Assembly: GCA_043803815.1 (NCBI GenBank) | Contig: JAZDJR010000018.1 | Span: 1-64,000, forward strand | Length of the DNA stretch: 64,000 bases | Direction of reading: 5' to 3' | Source of the DNA: Candidatus Micrarchaeota archaeon | GTDB lineage: Archaea; Iainarchaeota; Iainarchaeia; Iainarchaeales; JAGVWC01 | Shown here: in pieces, positions 27,155-35,739 of the stretch | Numbering within the stretch: the stretch's first letter is position 1 | Layout: each line of letters begins with the position of its first letter | Position numbers and translations under genes: made by a program | Notes under the pieces: generated by a model | What the model saw: only the letters and a program-made list of their open reading frames with translations | Database searches by the model: none | Told to the model about the DNA's origin: nothing

Positions 27155-28548
27155 CGATTTTCGATTCTTTGGCGCCTATCTATCGGCTGCTTCCGGAAAT
27201 CAAAAATCCGGAAACAAAGCCTCCGTTCATGTCCCGCCTTAAGTGGACAGCCGCCATTTTAGTCCTGTTTTTTATCATGGGTTCCATTCCCTTAATCGGC
27301 CTGGATATTTCCAAGTCCGCAGGCGGAAATCTGCAGGTTTTGCAGTACATTTTGGCCAGCAACATCGGAACGCTTTTGTCCGTCGGAATCGGGCCGATTG
27401 TTTTGGCGTCGATTATTTTGCAGCTGTTAATCGGCGGAAAAATAATCGAAATGGATTTGTCCGACCCAAAGCAAAAAGCCCAGTTTTCGGCCGTTCAAAA
27501 ACTTTTGGCGATTGTTTTTTGTTTTTTCGAAGCGGGAGCCTATGTCATGGGCGGATTATTGACGCCACTGCCCGGCTGGGGGCTTTGGGTAATTTTGCAA
27601 GTCACCTTAGGCTCGATTGCATTATTGTATCTTGATGAAATAGTTTCCAAGTACGGAATCGGCTCGGGAATCGGATTGTTCATTGCCGGCGGAGTTGCCG
27701 CGCAGATATTCTGGGCAATTTTCAATCCATTCGATAATCTCCTGCAATTGAATTTGGGCGCTGCCAACGGCCATATTTTCCGTTTTTTTAACGAACTATC
27801 CCTGGGCTTTGGCCAGGCTTTTATCGCCAATATTCTGCCGATACTGATTTCGGTCGCGATTTTTTTCATTGTCGTTTTTGCCGAAGGAATGCACGTCAAT
27901 ATTCCAATCACCATGGGCCGCGCCGGAATCGGCGGCCGCTTTCCGGTAAAATTATTATACGTGTCCAATATTCCGGTTATTTTGGCGGTCGCGTTTTTTG
28001 CCAACATTCGAATACTGGCTTTAGCCATGAAAAGCATTCCATTCGTAGGCGGCGCCATGCAGGCCATCAGCACGGTATTATCCCCCCCAAACGCGCTGTT
28101 TCTGCGGATTTTAGCCCAGATATCTTCTCCCGGAACCGGAGGAGTCCTTGGAGCGCTTGGAGTCCTGGCACCCGACCTTATTCAGGCATTTTTATATTTG
28201 ATTATTTTTACCATAACCTGCGTCGTATTCGGAAAATTATGGGTCAGCATGGCGGGGCAAGACTCGGAAGCCGTTGCCGGACAATTGCAGCGAAGCGGCA
28301 TGTTTATTCCCGGATTTAGGCGCGACCCCCGCATTGTACAGCAGGTGCTGGACCGGTACATTCCAACCATTACGATATTAGGGTCGATTTTCGTCGGTTT
28401 GCTTGCCGGATTTGCCGACCTGACCGGCGCATTGGGAACCGGAACGGGTATTTTACTGACCGTTGGAATTGTCTACAAAATGTACGAAGAACTGGCCAAA
28501 CAGCAGATGATGGAAACCCACCCTATCCTAAAGAAGGTGTTTGGATGA
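27151..28548 (+). CDS. secY: Preprotein translocase subunit SecY
   Basis: GIGPIV.ASIILQLL, GIGSGIGLFI, IPGFRRD, GTGILLTV. Confidence 0.99.
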   Translation: MTIFDSLAPIYRLLPEIKNPETKPPFMSRLKWTAAILVLFFIMGSIPLIGLDISKSAGGNLQVLQYILASNIGTLLSVGIGPIVLASIILQLLIGGKIIEMDLSDPKQKAQFSAVQKLLAIVFCFFEAGAYVMGGLLTPLPGWGLWVILQVTLGSIALLYLDEIVSKYGIGSGIGLFIAGGVAAQIFWAIFNPFDNLLQLNLGAANGHIFRFFNELSLGFGQAFIANILPILISVAIFFIVVFAEGMHVNIPITMGRAGIGGRFPVKLLYVSNIPVILAVAFFANIRILALAMKSIPFVGGAMQAISTVLSPPNALFLRILAQISSPGTGGVLGALGVLAPDLIQAFLYLIIFTITCVVFGKLWVSMAGQDSEAVAGQLQRSGMFIPGFRRDPRIVQQVLDRYIPTITILGSIFVGLLAGFADLTGALGTGTGILLTVGIVYKMYEELAKQQMMETHPILKKVFG

Positions 28549-28645
28549 CGGCCAAAAGAAAGCATTTAAAACAGTTTTCAGGGGGATTTTAGTAATAAGG
28601 CCCCAAAACAAGGATGGGCGATTTAGCCGTTTTTTTGGTGTTTGA

Positions 28646-29131
28646 ATGGTGTTGATAAACAGTGTCATCGATATTGCGGCAATATCATTGGCAATGGCAA
28701 TCGTGTCGCGCTATTTGCAGCACCGGTTCGGCAAGCGAAACGAAATGGTGGCTATCCAAGCCCAAATGAAGGAAAAACAAAAACAAATTCAGGAGCTGTA
28801 CAAAAAAGGGGATGAAGCGTCCAAAAAAAAAGCGGACAAAATTCAAGCGGAAATGATGGAACACATGAACACCATGATGAGCGCCAACATGAAAGTCATG
28901 ATGGTCAGCATGGTTGTTTTTTTGCCGGCACTCTGGGCGCTCAGCGTGTGGTATTCCAGCGCTCCCGTTAACCTGCCGTTTCCGTTTTTGATTGCGCACC
29001 AGGGAGGACCATTATTCATTTGGTTTGAAATCGGAACCAAAACCAGCTGGTTATGGTGGTACATTTCAATAAGCCTGATTTCAAGTATTGTCATCGGGTT
29101 TGTTTTAAAACAGCTCAAAATCGAAAAATAA
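28646..29131 (+). CDS. EMC3/TMCO1 (DUF106) family membrane insertase
   Basis: TM-coiled coil-TM-TM topology, WLWWY..S motif; conserved position after secY. Confidence 0.88.
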   Translation: MVLINSVIDIAAISLAMAIVSRYLQHRFGKRNEMVAIQAQMKEKQKQIQELYKKGDEASKKKADKIQAEMMEHMNTMMSANMKVMMVSMVVFLPALWALSVWYSSAPVNLPFPFLIAHQGGPLFIWFEIGTKTSWLWWYISISLISSIVIGFVLKQLKIEK

Positions 29132-29149
29132 AAAGGAAAGAAAAAAATT

Positions 29150-29491
29150 ATGTCAAGGCACGGACGAACAAACAAGGGAGTAAAAAAACACAGGACAACT
29201 TCCGGTTCAAGGATTAAAGCAATTTCGCACAAGTCCGCAAAAAAAACCTGCGCATTGTGCGAAAACGCCTTGCACGGCGTGCCGCACGGAAAACGGGTAG
29301 CAAAAGTCCGAAAGCTTTCCAAAAGCGAAAAACGGCCGTCGGTTCCGTTCGGCGGAATCCTGTGCGGCCCCTGCCGAAAACAGGTCATTGAAGAAGCCGC
29401 CAAAGTGGTCAGCGGGACAAAAGAAGAATTCGAAATCGAATTCCGATTCCGCCCGTTTGTCGAACAGGCCATGATTCAGATTAAAAAATAG
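29150..29491 (+). CDS. rpl34e: 50S ribosomal protein eL34
   Basis: CALC...LHGVP, SEKRP..PFGG.LC..C. Confidence 0.95.
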   Translation: MSRHGRTNKGVKKHRTTSGSRIKAISHKSAKKTCALCENALHGVPHGKRVAKVRKLSKSEKRPSVPFGGILCGPCRKQVIEEAAKVVSGTKEEFEIEFRFRPFVEQAMIQIKK

Positions 29492-29502
29492 GAAATGTTA
29501 AC

Positions 29503-29730
29503 ATGACTGGAATCCAAGCGGGAATGATTTGCATTAAAACAGCCGGCAAAGACGCGGGACAGCGGGTCGTTGTCATCGAACTTGAAAAAGACCACGCGAT
29601 TGTGGAAGGCGCCAAAACCAAGCGCAAAAAATGCAATCTGCACCACTTGTTTCCGACCCCTCAAAAAGTTTCGGTGAGCAAAACCGCCAAGCACGACGAA
29701 ATCGTCGCGATATTATCCGAAAAAAAGTAA
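29503..29730 (+). CDS. rpl14e: 50S ribosomal protein eL14
   Basis: G.ICIK.AG.DAG...VV, KRKKCN..HL.PT. Confidence 0.95.
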   Translation: MTGIQAGMICIKTAGKDAGQRVVVIELEKDHAIVEGAKTKRKKCNLHHLFPTPQKVSVSKTAKHDEIVAILSEKK

Positions 29731-29742
29731 TGGTGAAGGATT

Positions 29743-30273
29743 ATGGAAAAACAGGAAATCCGGTATATTGTCCGCATCCTTAACAAGGATTTGAACGGCA
29801 ACCTGTCGATCGGCCACGCCTTAATGTCGATTAAGGGAATCAGCCACCGCACGGGAAAACTTATGGCATCCGTCTTTGAAAAAAACACGGGAATCAATCC
29901 CAACACCAAAATCGGCGAAATGCCCGAAGAGTTCGACAAAAAACTCGAAGATATCGCGGGCCATCCGGACAAATACGGAATGCCCCAATGGATGATGAAC
30001 CGGCGAAACGATTTTGAAGACGGAAAAACCTGGCACGCCACCATGTCGGAACTTGATTTTGCGCTTCGAAAAGACCTGCAACGATTAAACGAAATCAAAA
30101 GCTACCGCGGATTGCGCTTAAGCTGGGGACTGACAGTGCGCGGCCAAAAAACCAAAAGCACGCACCGCAACAAAGGAGGAGTAGTCAGCGTCACTAAAAA
30201 AGTCGAAGCGCCGACCGGCAAATCCCAGACACCGGCCAAAGCAGCGGCAAAACCGGCGGAAAAGAAAAAATAA
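29743..30273 (+). CDS. rps13: 30S ribosomal protein uS13
   Basis: IVRI...DL.G, IKSYRG.R...GL.VRGQ.T. Confidence 0.98.
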   Translation: MEKQEIRYIVRILNKDLNGNLSIGHALMSIKGISHRTGKLMASVFEKNTGINPNTKIGEMPEEFDKKLEDIAGHPDKYGMPQWMMNRRNDFEDGKTWHATMSELDFALRKDLQRLNEIKSYRGLRLSWGLTVRGQKTKSTHRNKGGVVSVTKKVEAPTGKSQTPAKAAAKPAEKKK

Positions 30274-30287
30274 GGATGAAAAAAACC

Positions 30288-30911
30288 ATGGGAGACCCTT
30301 CCAGACTCAAAAAACAGTATTCGCGCCCAAGAAAGCCGTGGGACCGCACAAGGCTTGAAAAGGAACGCGCGATTTCAAAGGAATACGGCCTTAAAACCAA
30401 GCGCGAGCTTTGGCGAATCGAAGCGACGCTTCGGCAAAAACGCCAGTCCGCCCGAAAACTTTTGGCTTTGCCTTTGGAAAAACGGCTGGCCAGCCAAAAA
30501 GAGCTTGTTAACAGCCTTCATACGATGGGCGTTGTCAAAGCCGACGCGGGACTCGACGATATTTTGGGACTCGAAATCAAGGAATTTTTGGAACGCAGGC
30601 TGCAAACCATGGTTGTACGCAAAGGACTTGCCAGCACCATGAGCCAGGCGCGCCAATTCATCACCCACGGCCATATCGCGGTTAACGCCAAGCGCGTTTC
30701 CAGTCCGTCTTATCTGACGCGCAAAAACGACCAACTGGCATATTATGGAAAACCGCTGGTAATCCAGCAGGCGCCAAAAGTCAAAGTCAAGCCGGGCAAA
30801 AAAGAATTTGAAGAAGCGATTCCAAACGCGGAAGAAGCACCGGTGGAAACAACGGAGCCGACAGCCACAGCCGAAACTGAAAAAATTGAATCAACGCAGG
30901 AAGGCAGCTAA
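30288..30911 (+). CDS. rps4: 30S ribosomal protein uS4
   Basis: MGDP, YGLK.KRELW, LERRLQT, QARQFITHGHI; alternative start 30276. Confidence 0.98.
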   Translation: MGDPSRLKKQYSRPRKPWDRTRLEKERAISKEYGLKTKRELWRIEATLRQKRQSARKLLALPLEKRLASQKELVNSLHTMGVVKADAGLDDILGLEIKEFLERRLQTMVVRKGLASTMSQARQFITHGHIAVNAKRVSSPSYLTRKNDQLAYYGKPLVIQQAPKVKVKPGKKEFEEAIPNAEEAPVETTEPTATAETEKIESTQEGS

Positions 30912-31301
30912 ATGTCTGAAAAAGAAAAAATCGGGGTAGTGCATATTTTTGCATCTTCCAATAACACGATTATTTTGCTCACGGACCAAACCGGAGCGGA
31001 AACCATCGCCAAAGGAAGCGGCGGCATGACGGTTAAAGCGCAGCACAAAGAAGGCAGCCCTTACGCGGCAATGAAAGTGGCCGAAGAACTTTGCCAGCGC
31101 GCGATTGAAAAAGGCATTCGAATGGTGGATGTCAAAGTCCGCGGAGCCGGCGGAATCAAATCCAAAAACCCAGGCCAAGGCGCCGAAGCCGCGATTCGCT
31201 CCCTGACCCGAAACGGCCTGCGCATCCGAAGCATTGAAAACGTCACCCCATTGCCGCACGACGGCTGCCGCAAGAAAAAAGCGTATCGAAGCAAAAATTA
31301 A
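30912..31301 (+). CDS. rps11: 30S ribosomal protein uS11
   Basis: HIFAS.NNT, SPYAAM, IENVTP.PHDG. Confidence 0.98.
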   Translation: MSEKEKIGVVHIFASSNNTIILLTDQTGAETIAKGSGGMTVKAQHKEGSPYAAMKVAEELCQRAIEKGIRMVDVKVRGAGGIKSKNPGQGAEAAIRSLTRNGLRIRSIENVTPLPHDGCRKKKAYRSKN

Positions 31302-31312
31302 ACGGTGAAAAA

Positions 31313-31525
31313 ATGAATTTCAAACCGAACAAAAAAAATATTCTTTTCGGAATTGGCGGCTTGGTACTTGGATATATCTTTCAATTATTTCTGCCGTCAA
31401 TTATGGGCTGTCCGGAAGTTGTTGGAGATCCCTGCCTAAAAAACGTCAAAAATTTAAGTTTGGTATTGATACTGGGACTTGGAGTGCTTGGTTATATTAT
31501 TGGTTCTTTGCTTGCAAAAAAATAG
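31313..31525 (+). CDS. Small two-TM membrane protein
   Basis: GGTGA RBS; two hydrophobic helices around a C-x7-C loop. Confidence 0.75.
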   Translation: MNFKPNKKNILFGIGGLVLGYIFQLFLPSIMGCPEVVGDPCLKNVKNLSLVLILGLGVLGYIIGSLLAKK

Positions 31526-31533
31526 GTGAAAAA

Positions 31534-32280
31534 ATGGTGGAAGTCAAAAAACTCGAAGAAAAAAACAACCGGCTGTCCCTGATTGTGTCGGACGCCGACA
31601 TCGCATTAATGAACAGCCTGCGACGCACCATTATGAACAGCGTGCCGGTTTTTGCTGCAGAAAAAATAATTTTATACGAAAACTCGTCCGTTATGCCGGA
31701 CGAAATGCTCAGCCACCGCCTCGGCATGATTCCCATTTCGGTTTCCCAAAAGCAGACCAAAAAAGGCGACGAAGTCAATTTAGCGCTTGACAAAGAAGGG
31801 CCCTGCACGGTATATGCCTCCGACATTGTCAGCAAAGACGCCGGAGTTACGGTGCTGGACGAAAGCGTTCCCATCATCAAACTCGCCAAAGGCCAAAAAG
31901 TCAAGCTTGAAATCCACGCGGTCGCGGGGGTAGGAAAAACCCACTCCAAATTCCAGCCCGCACTGGTCACCTATAAGCAAATTCCGATAGTGGATTTTTC
32001 CAATGTCAAAAACCCCGAAGCGGTTGCCAAGGTATTTCCGCACGGAACCGTTGAAATCAAGGCCAAAAAATTATTCGTCGCGGACGCCATGCGGCACATG
32101 ATTTCGCACGAAGCCGCCGACCGGTTTCCCGGAGAAATCAAGATGGATTACGACGACAAAAAATTCGTATTAAGCATCGAAAGCTACCAGCAAAAGAAAA
32201 ACGACGAAATCATACTGGAGGGAATCAAGGCGCTTCGCGAAAAAACCGACGAATTCAAAGCCGCACTCAAAGACCTTTAA
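31534..32280 (+). CDS. rpoD: RNA polymerase subunit D (Rpo3)
   Basis: NSLRR, ENSS...DE.L.HRLGMIP, H.KFQP. Confidence 0.97.
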   Translation: MVEVKKLEEKNNRLSLIVSDADIALMNSLRRTIMNSVPVFAAEKIILYENSSVMPDEMLSHRLGMIPISVSQKQTKKGDEVNLALDKEGPCTVYASDIVSKDAGVTVLDESVPIIKLAKGQKVKLEIHAVAGVGKTHSKFQPALVTYKQIPIVDFSNVKNPEAVAKVFPHGTVEIKAKKLFVADAMRHMISHEAADRFPGEIKMDYDDKKFVLSIESYQQKKNDEIILEGIKALREKTDEFKAALKDL

Positions 32281-32308
32281 AGTTTAACCGCACCATAAAC
32301 ATACGAAC

Positions 32309-32464
32309 GCAGGAGTTCCGGAGCGGTCAAACGGACAGGACTTAAGCAGCTTTTTTCATCCTTTCTTCGAAAGGATAAAAAACCTGGGAAAAAATATCCT
32401 TGGAAAAAAGCTGAAGAGATCCTGCGGCTTAGTGCCTTCGGCGGTTCGAATCCGCCCTCCTGCA
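32309..32464 (+). tRNA. tRNA-Leu(TAA) with 72-nt intron (32347-32418)
   Basis: Acceptor GCAGGAG/CTCCTGC, D arm, anticodon stem CAGGA/TCCTG, long variable arm, GGTTCGAATCC; intron at 37/38; no encoded CCA. Confidence 0.93.
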
Positions 32465-32502
32465 AATTTTCAGAAAAAAATGATAAAAAAGTGAAAAAAT
32501 TT

Positions 32503-32871
32503 ATGAAAAGAACCGGACCCACCAAAGAAGCCACGCGAATGCTCATCCGCCAGCTGGAAAAAGCAAGCGTCTGCCAAAAACGGGCATTGTGGAAAACCAT
32601 TGCGCAGCAAATCGGAAAGCCCCGCCGCGAACGCTGCGCCATTAACGTCCAGAAACTTGAAAAATTATCCCAAAAATTCGCAAAAAAAACCATGGTTGTA
32701 CCCGGAAAAGTCCTGGCCGCGGGAAACCTGACCAAGCCGATTTCGGTGGCTGCCTTGGAATACAGCGAACTGGGAAGGCAAAAAATCAAAAGCATGAAAG
32801 GAAACGCATGGACCTTGGAAGAATTACTGGAATCCAAGGTAAAGCCGTCGGAAATCGTGATTGTAAAATGA
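32503..32871 (+). CDS. rpl18e: 50S ribosomal protein eL18
   Basis: VVPGKVL..G, V.AL.YS; position after tRNA-Leu; alternative start 32491. Confidence 0.96.
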   Translation: MKRTGPTKEATRMLIRQLEKASVCQKRALWKTIAQQIGKPRRERCAINVQKLEKLSQKFAKKTMVVPGKVLAAGNLTKPISVAALEYSELGRQKIKSMKGNAWTLEELLESKVKPSEIVIVK

Positions 32872-33314
32872 AAGAAATAGGCGCCCAAAAAACAGTCGAT
32901 TTTTCAAACGCGATTCTAGGCCGCGCCGCATCGCGCGTCGCCAAAGCGCTCTTAAACGGCGAAAAAATCGTAATTGTAAACGCGGAAAAAGCCGTGATAC
33001 GCGGAACCAAATCCGGTGTTATGGAAAAATTCGTGCGAAGGCAAGGCTGGACCGCCAAGGGAAACACGGCCCTGCGAAGCGCCAACATGTCGCGCATGCC
33101 CGACCGCATCGTCAAATGGACCGTCAAGCACATGCTGCCCACGGAAAAATCGTCCGGCCGCACCGCGCTTGACCGATTGGAAGTTTACATGGGAATACCG
33201 AGCCGATTCGAAAAAAACATCGAAAAATGGCCGGAATTTGAAAACAAGGAAAAGAAAAACACGTGGACCCTGCGGCAAATCAGCCACGAGCTCGGATGGG
33301 ACCAAAAAGAATAA
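32868..33314 (+). CDS. rpl13: 50S ribosomal protein uL13
   Basis: ILGR.AS.VAK.LL.G, IVNAEK, PDRI....V..MLP. Confidence 0.96.
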   Translation: MKEIGAQKTVDFSNAILGRAASRVAKALLNGEKIVIVNAEKAVIRGTKSGVMEKFVRRQGWTAKGNTALRSANMSRMPDRIVKWTVKHMLPTEKSSGRTALDRLEVYMGIPSRFEKNIEKWPEFENKEKKNTWTLRQISHELGWDQKE

Positions 33315-33326
33315 GGAAAATCAGCT

Positions 33327-33761
33327 ATGGACGAAAAAACAATTGTCAAAAAAAAGAAAAAAGCCAAGGGAATCACGGCCAAAGCCAAGAAAAAAACAGC
33401 CGTTGCCCGCGCGGTTATCCGCCAGGGAAAAGGAGTCGTCCGCATCAACAAGCGAAACCTGCTGACTTTTCAGCCCCGCCAGATACAGGAATTTATCATG
33501 GAACCCCTTGAAATTGCGGCTGAAAAAGCCAAGGAAGTTTCCATCAGCATCAATGTCAACGGCGGCGGATTCATGACCCAGGCCGTTGCGGCCCGAAGCG
33601 CGATTGCCAAAGCGCTTGTCCTGTTTTTCAAGGATGAAAAGCTGAAAAAGAAAATGCTGGCTTATGACCGTTTATTGCTCGTTGATGACGTGCGCCGAAA
33701 AGAATCCAAAAAACAATTGGGAACCGGAGCGCGCCGCAGAAAACAAAAATCGAAAAGATAA
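33327..33761 (+). CDS. rps9: 30S ribosomal protein uS9
   Basis: KTAVARA, GGG...QA.A.R.AIA, GAR...QKS.R. Confidence 0.97.
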   Translation: MDEKTIVKKKKKAKGITAKAKKKTAVARAVIRQGKGVVRINKRNLLTFQPRQIQEFIMEPLEIAAEKAKEVSISINVNGGGFMTQAVAARSAIAKALVLFFKDEKLKKKMLAYDRLLLVDDVRRKESKKQLGTGARRRKQKSKR

Positions 33762-33772
33762 GGTGATGAAAA

Positions 33773-33970
33773 ATGATGGTTCCAGTCCGGTGTTTTTCGT
33801 GCGGAAAAGTCGTGGGCGGCAAATTCGAAGAATTCAAAAAAAGGGTGGACAAAGGAGAAAAAGCGGGCAAAGTCCTCGACGAACTCGGTGTGGAACGCTA
33901 CTGCTGCCGGCGCATGCTCTTATCGCACGTGGATATCATTGACGAACTCATGAAATTCAGCGCAAAATAA
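33773..33970 (+). CDS. rpoN: RNA polymerase subunit N (Rpo10)
   Basis: PVRCFSCG...RYCCRRM. Confidence 0.98.
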   Translation: MMVPVRCFSCGKVVGGKFEEFKKRVDKGEKAGKVLDELGVERYCCRRMLLSHVDIIDELMKFSAK

Positions 33971-33996
33971 AAAAAAGTCTGAAAAAGGAAAACCAA

Positions 33997-34752
33997 ATGA
34001 CGATTGAAACCAAAAACGAAGCCGGCAGATTGCTGCCGATTGAAAAATACCTGACCACGGGAAGCCATATCGGCACCGCGTTTAAGACGCACCACATGAT
34101 GCCCTACGTTTTCAAAAAACGAAAAGACGGATTGTACGTGCTGGATGTTGAAACCATCGACAAGCGACTGCAGGAAGCCGCACGGTTTTTGGGCCAATTC
34201 CAATTAAGCAAAATCGCGGTTGTTTCGCGCCGGTTATACGGGCAAACCGCGGCCAACAAATTCGCCGAAATCTTGAATGCCAAGGCATTGACCGGGCGAT
34301 TCATTCCTGGAACATTCACCAATCCCCGGCAAAAACGGTTTATGGAACCCAGCGTGGTTTTGGTGCTCGACCCGGACTCGGACAGCCAGGCGGTTTTGGA
34401 AGCAAGCTCGGCCGGAATCCCGATAGTTGCATTGGCCACCACCAACAATTCGCTCAAGCACATCGACCTTGCGATTCCGATTAACAACAAGGGCCGCAAA
34501 AGCCTGGCGTTGGTCTTATGGGTGCTGACCCGCGAACTGCTAAAGTCCAACGGCCACATCAAAAGCGACGCCGATTTTTCGACCCCTTTGGAGCGCTTTG
34601 AGCACAAGGTGCCCAACAGCCGCGATTCCGAAGGAGAGGAAGAAGCCGTCCGCGAAGCCATTATGGAAAGCCGGCGCATCCGCTCCAAAGGCAAAAAAAG
34701 AGCCGCGCCGCGCGAACACCGCGAACGGTTCAGCTCCCCTCCTTCCCGCTAA
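33997..34752 (+). CDS. rps2: 30S ribosomal protein uS2
   Basis: HIGT, GRFIPGTFTNP, P.NNKGRKSLA. Confidence 0.98.
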   Translation: MTIETKNEAGRLLPIEKYLTTGSHIGTAFKTHHMMPYVFKKRKDGLYVLDVETIDKRLQEAARFLGQFQLSKIAVVSRRLYGQTAANKFAEILNAKALTGRFIPGTFTNPRQKRFMEPSVVLVLDPDSDSQAVLEASSAGIPIVALATTNNSLKHIDLAIPINNKGRKSLALVLWVLTRELLKSNGHIKSDADFSTPLERFEHKVPNSRDSEGEEEAVREAIMESRRIRSKGKKRAAPREHRERFSSPPSR

Positions 34753-34899
34753 AAACGGCTATTTCCCTCAAAAAAAGGGGTTTTTAAAAGCCAAACCAAC
34801 ACCCTAATTCCTTGTTTAACTAGAAACAGTAAATTTAAATAGGGTTTTTGGCTTAATATATTAGTTAAAAAGTGAAAATAGCTTAGCGGTGAACTGTTC

Positions 34900-35661
34900 A
34901 TGAACGAAGGAAACGCGGTCCGATTACTCATTCGATTTGGATTAACCGAATACGAAGCAAAGACTCTTTCTACATTATTCAAGCTTAATCAGGCGCAGGC
35001 CCCCGAAATCAGCCGCCTCGCCGAAGTCCCAAAAACCCGCGTTTATGACGTGCTTGAAAAACTCGTGCAAAAAAAACTCGTCATGGAAGTCAATGGCCGC
35101 CCGAAAAAATACATGGTGGTCGAACTCGACAACGCGCTTAACCAGCTGGTCGAATCCAAAAAAAACGAATTATCCGAACTTGAAAACAGCACCTTGGAGC
35201 TGAAAAACACGTTCGCGAATTCAAGCGGCACCCAAGACGAAGACACCGGAGAAAAAGTGCTTAAAGTAAAAGACAAAAACGATTTTTTAAAAATCTTGTC
35301 CCAAGAAGTCGAAAAAGCGAAAAAAGAAGTCATCGGCTTTACCAAACTCAACCATCAGCATTCCTTGTTCCGCCAAATCATCAAAAACGCGGGGGACAAA
35401 AAAATCAACGTGCGATTGCTGACGCATTCTCCCGCGAACCTTGAAAGTATTTTCAAGGACGGCGACAAAAATTACCTGCAAACCAAAACCGCCAAGCACA
35501 ACCTGACCGCGTTTGTCATCGACAACAAGCGCGTAATACTCGCGCTTTCCGATTTGGAAAAAGACAAGCCCGATTACCACTTTTCCATCTGGCCCTCTAA
35601 TCCCCACCTGGCCAACGCGTTTACCGTTTATTTCGACAAGGTCTGGAACGAAAGCAAATAA
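34900..35661 (+). CDS. TrmB-family transcriptional regulator
   Basis: GLTEYEAK, VPKTRVYDVL..L, PKKY; PLD-like C-terminal domain. Confidence 0.93.
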   Translation: MNEGNAVRLLIRFGLTEYEAKTLSTLFKLNQAQAPEISRLAEVPKTRVYDVLEKLVQKKLVMEVNGRPKKYMVVELDNALNQLVESKKNELSELENSTLELKNTFANSSGTQDEDTGEKVLKVKDKNDFLKILSQEVEKAKKEVIGFTKLNHQHSLFRQIIKNAGDKKINVRLLTHSPANLESIFKDGDKNYLQTKTAKHNLTAFVIDNKRVILALSDLEKDKPDYHFSIWPSNPHLANAFTVYFDKVWNESK

Positions 35662-35739
35662 AACTTTTTCAAAAAAAGCCGCGAATCCGGTTTCTCTTTA
35701 AACCCAAAACAGCCGCCAAAGGCGCGAGGAAACGGACCG

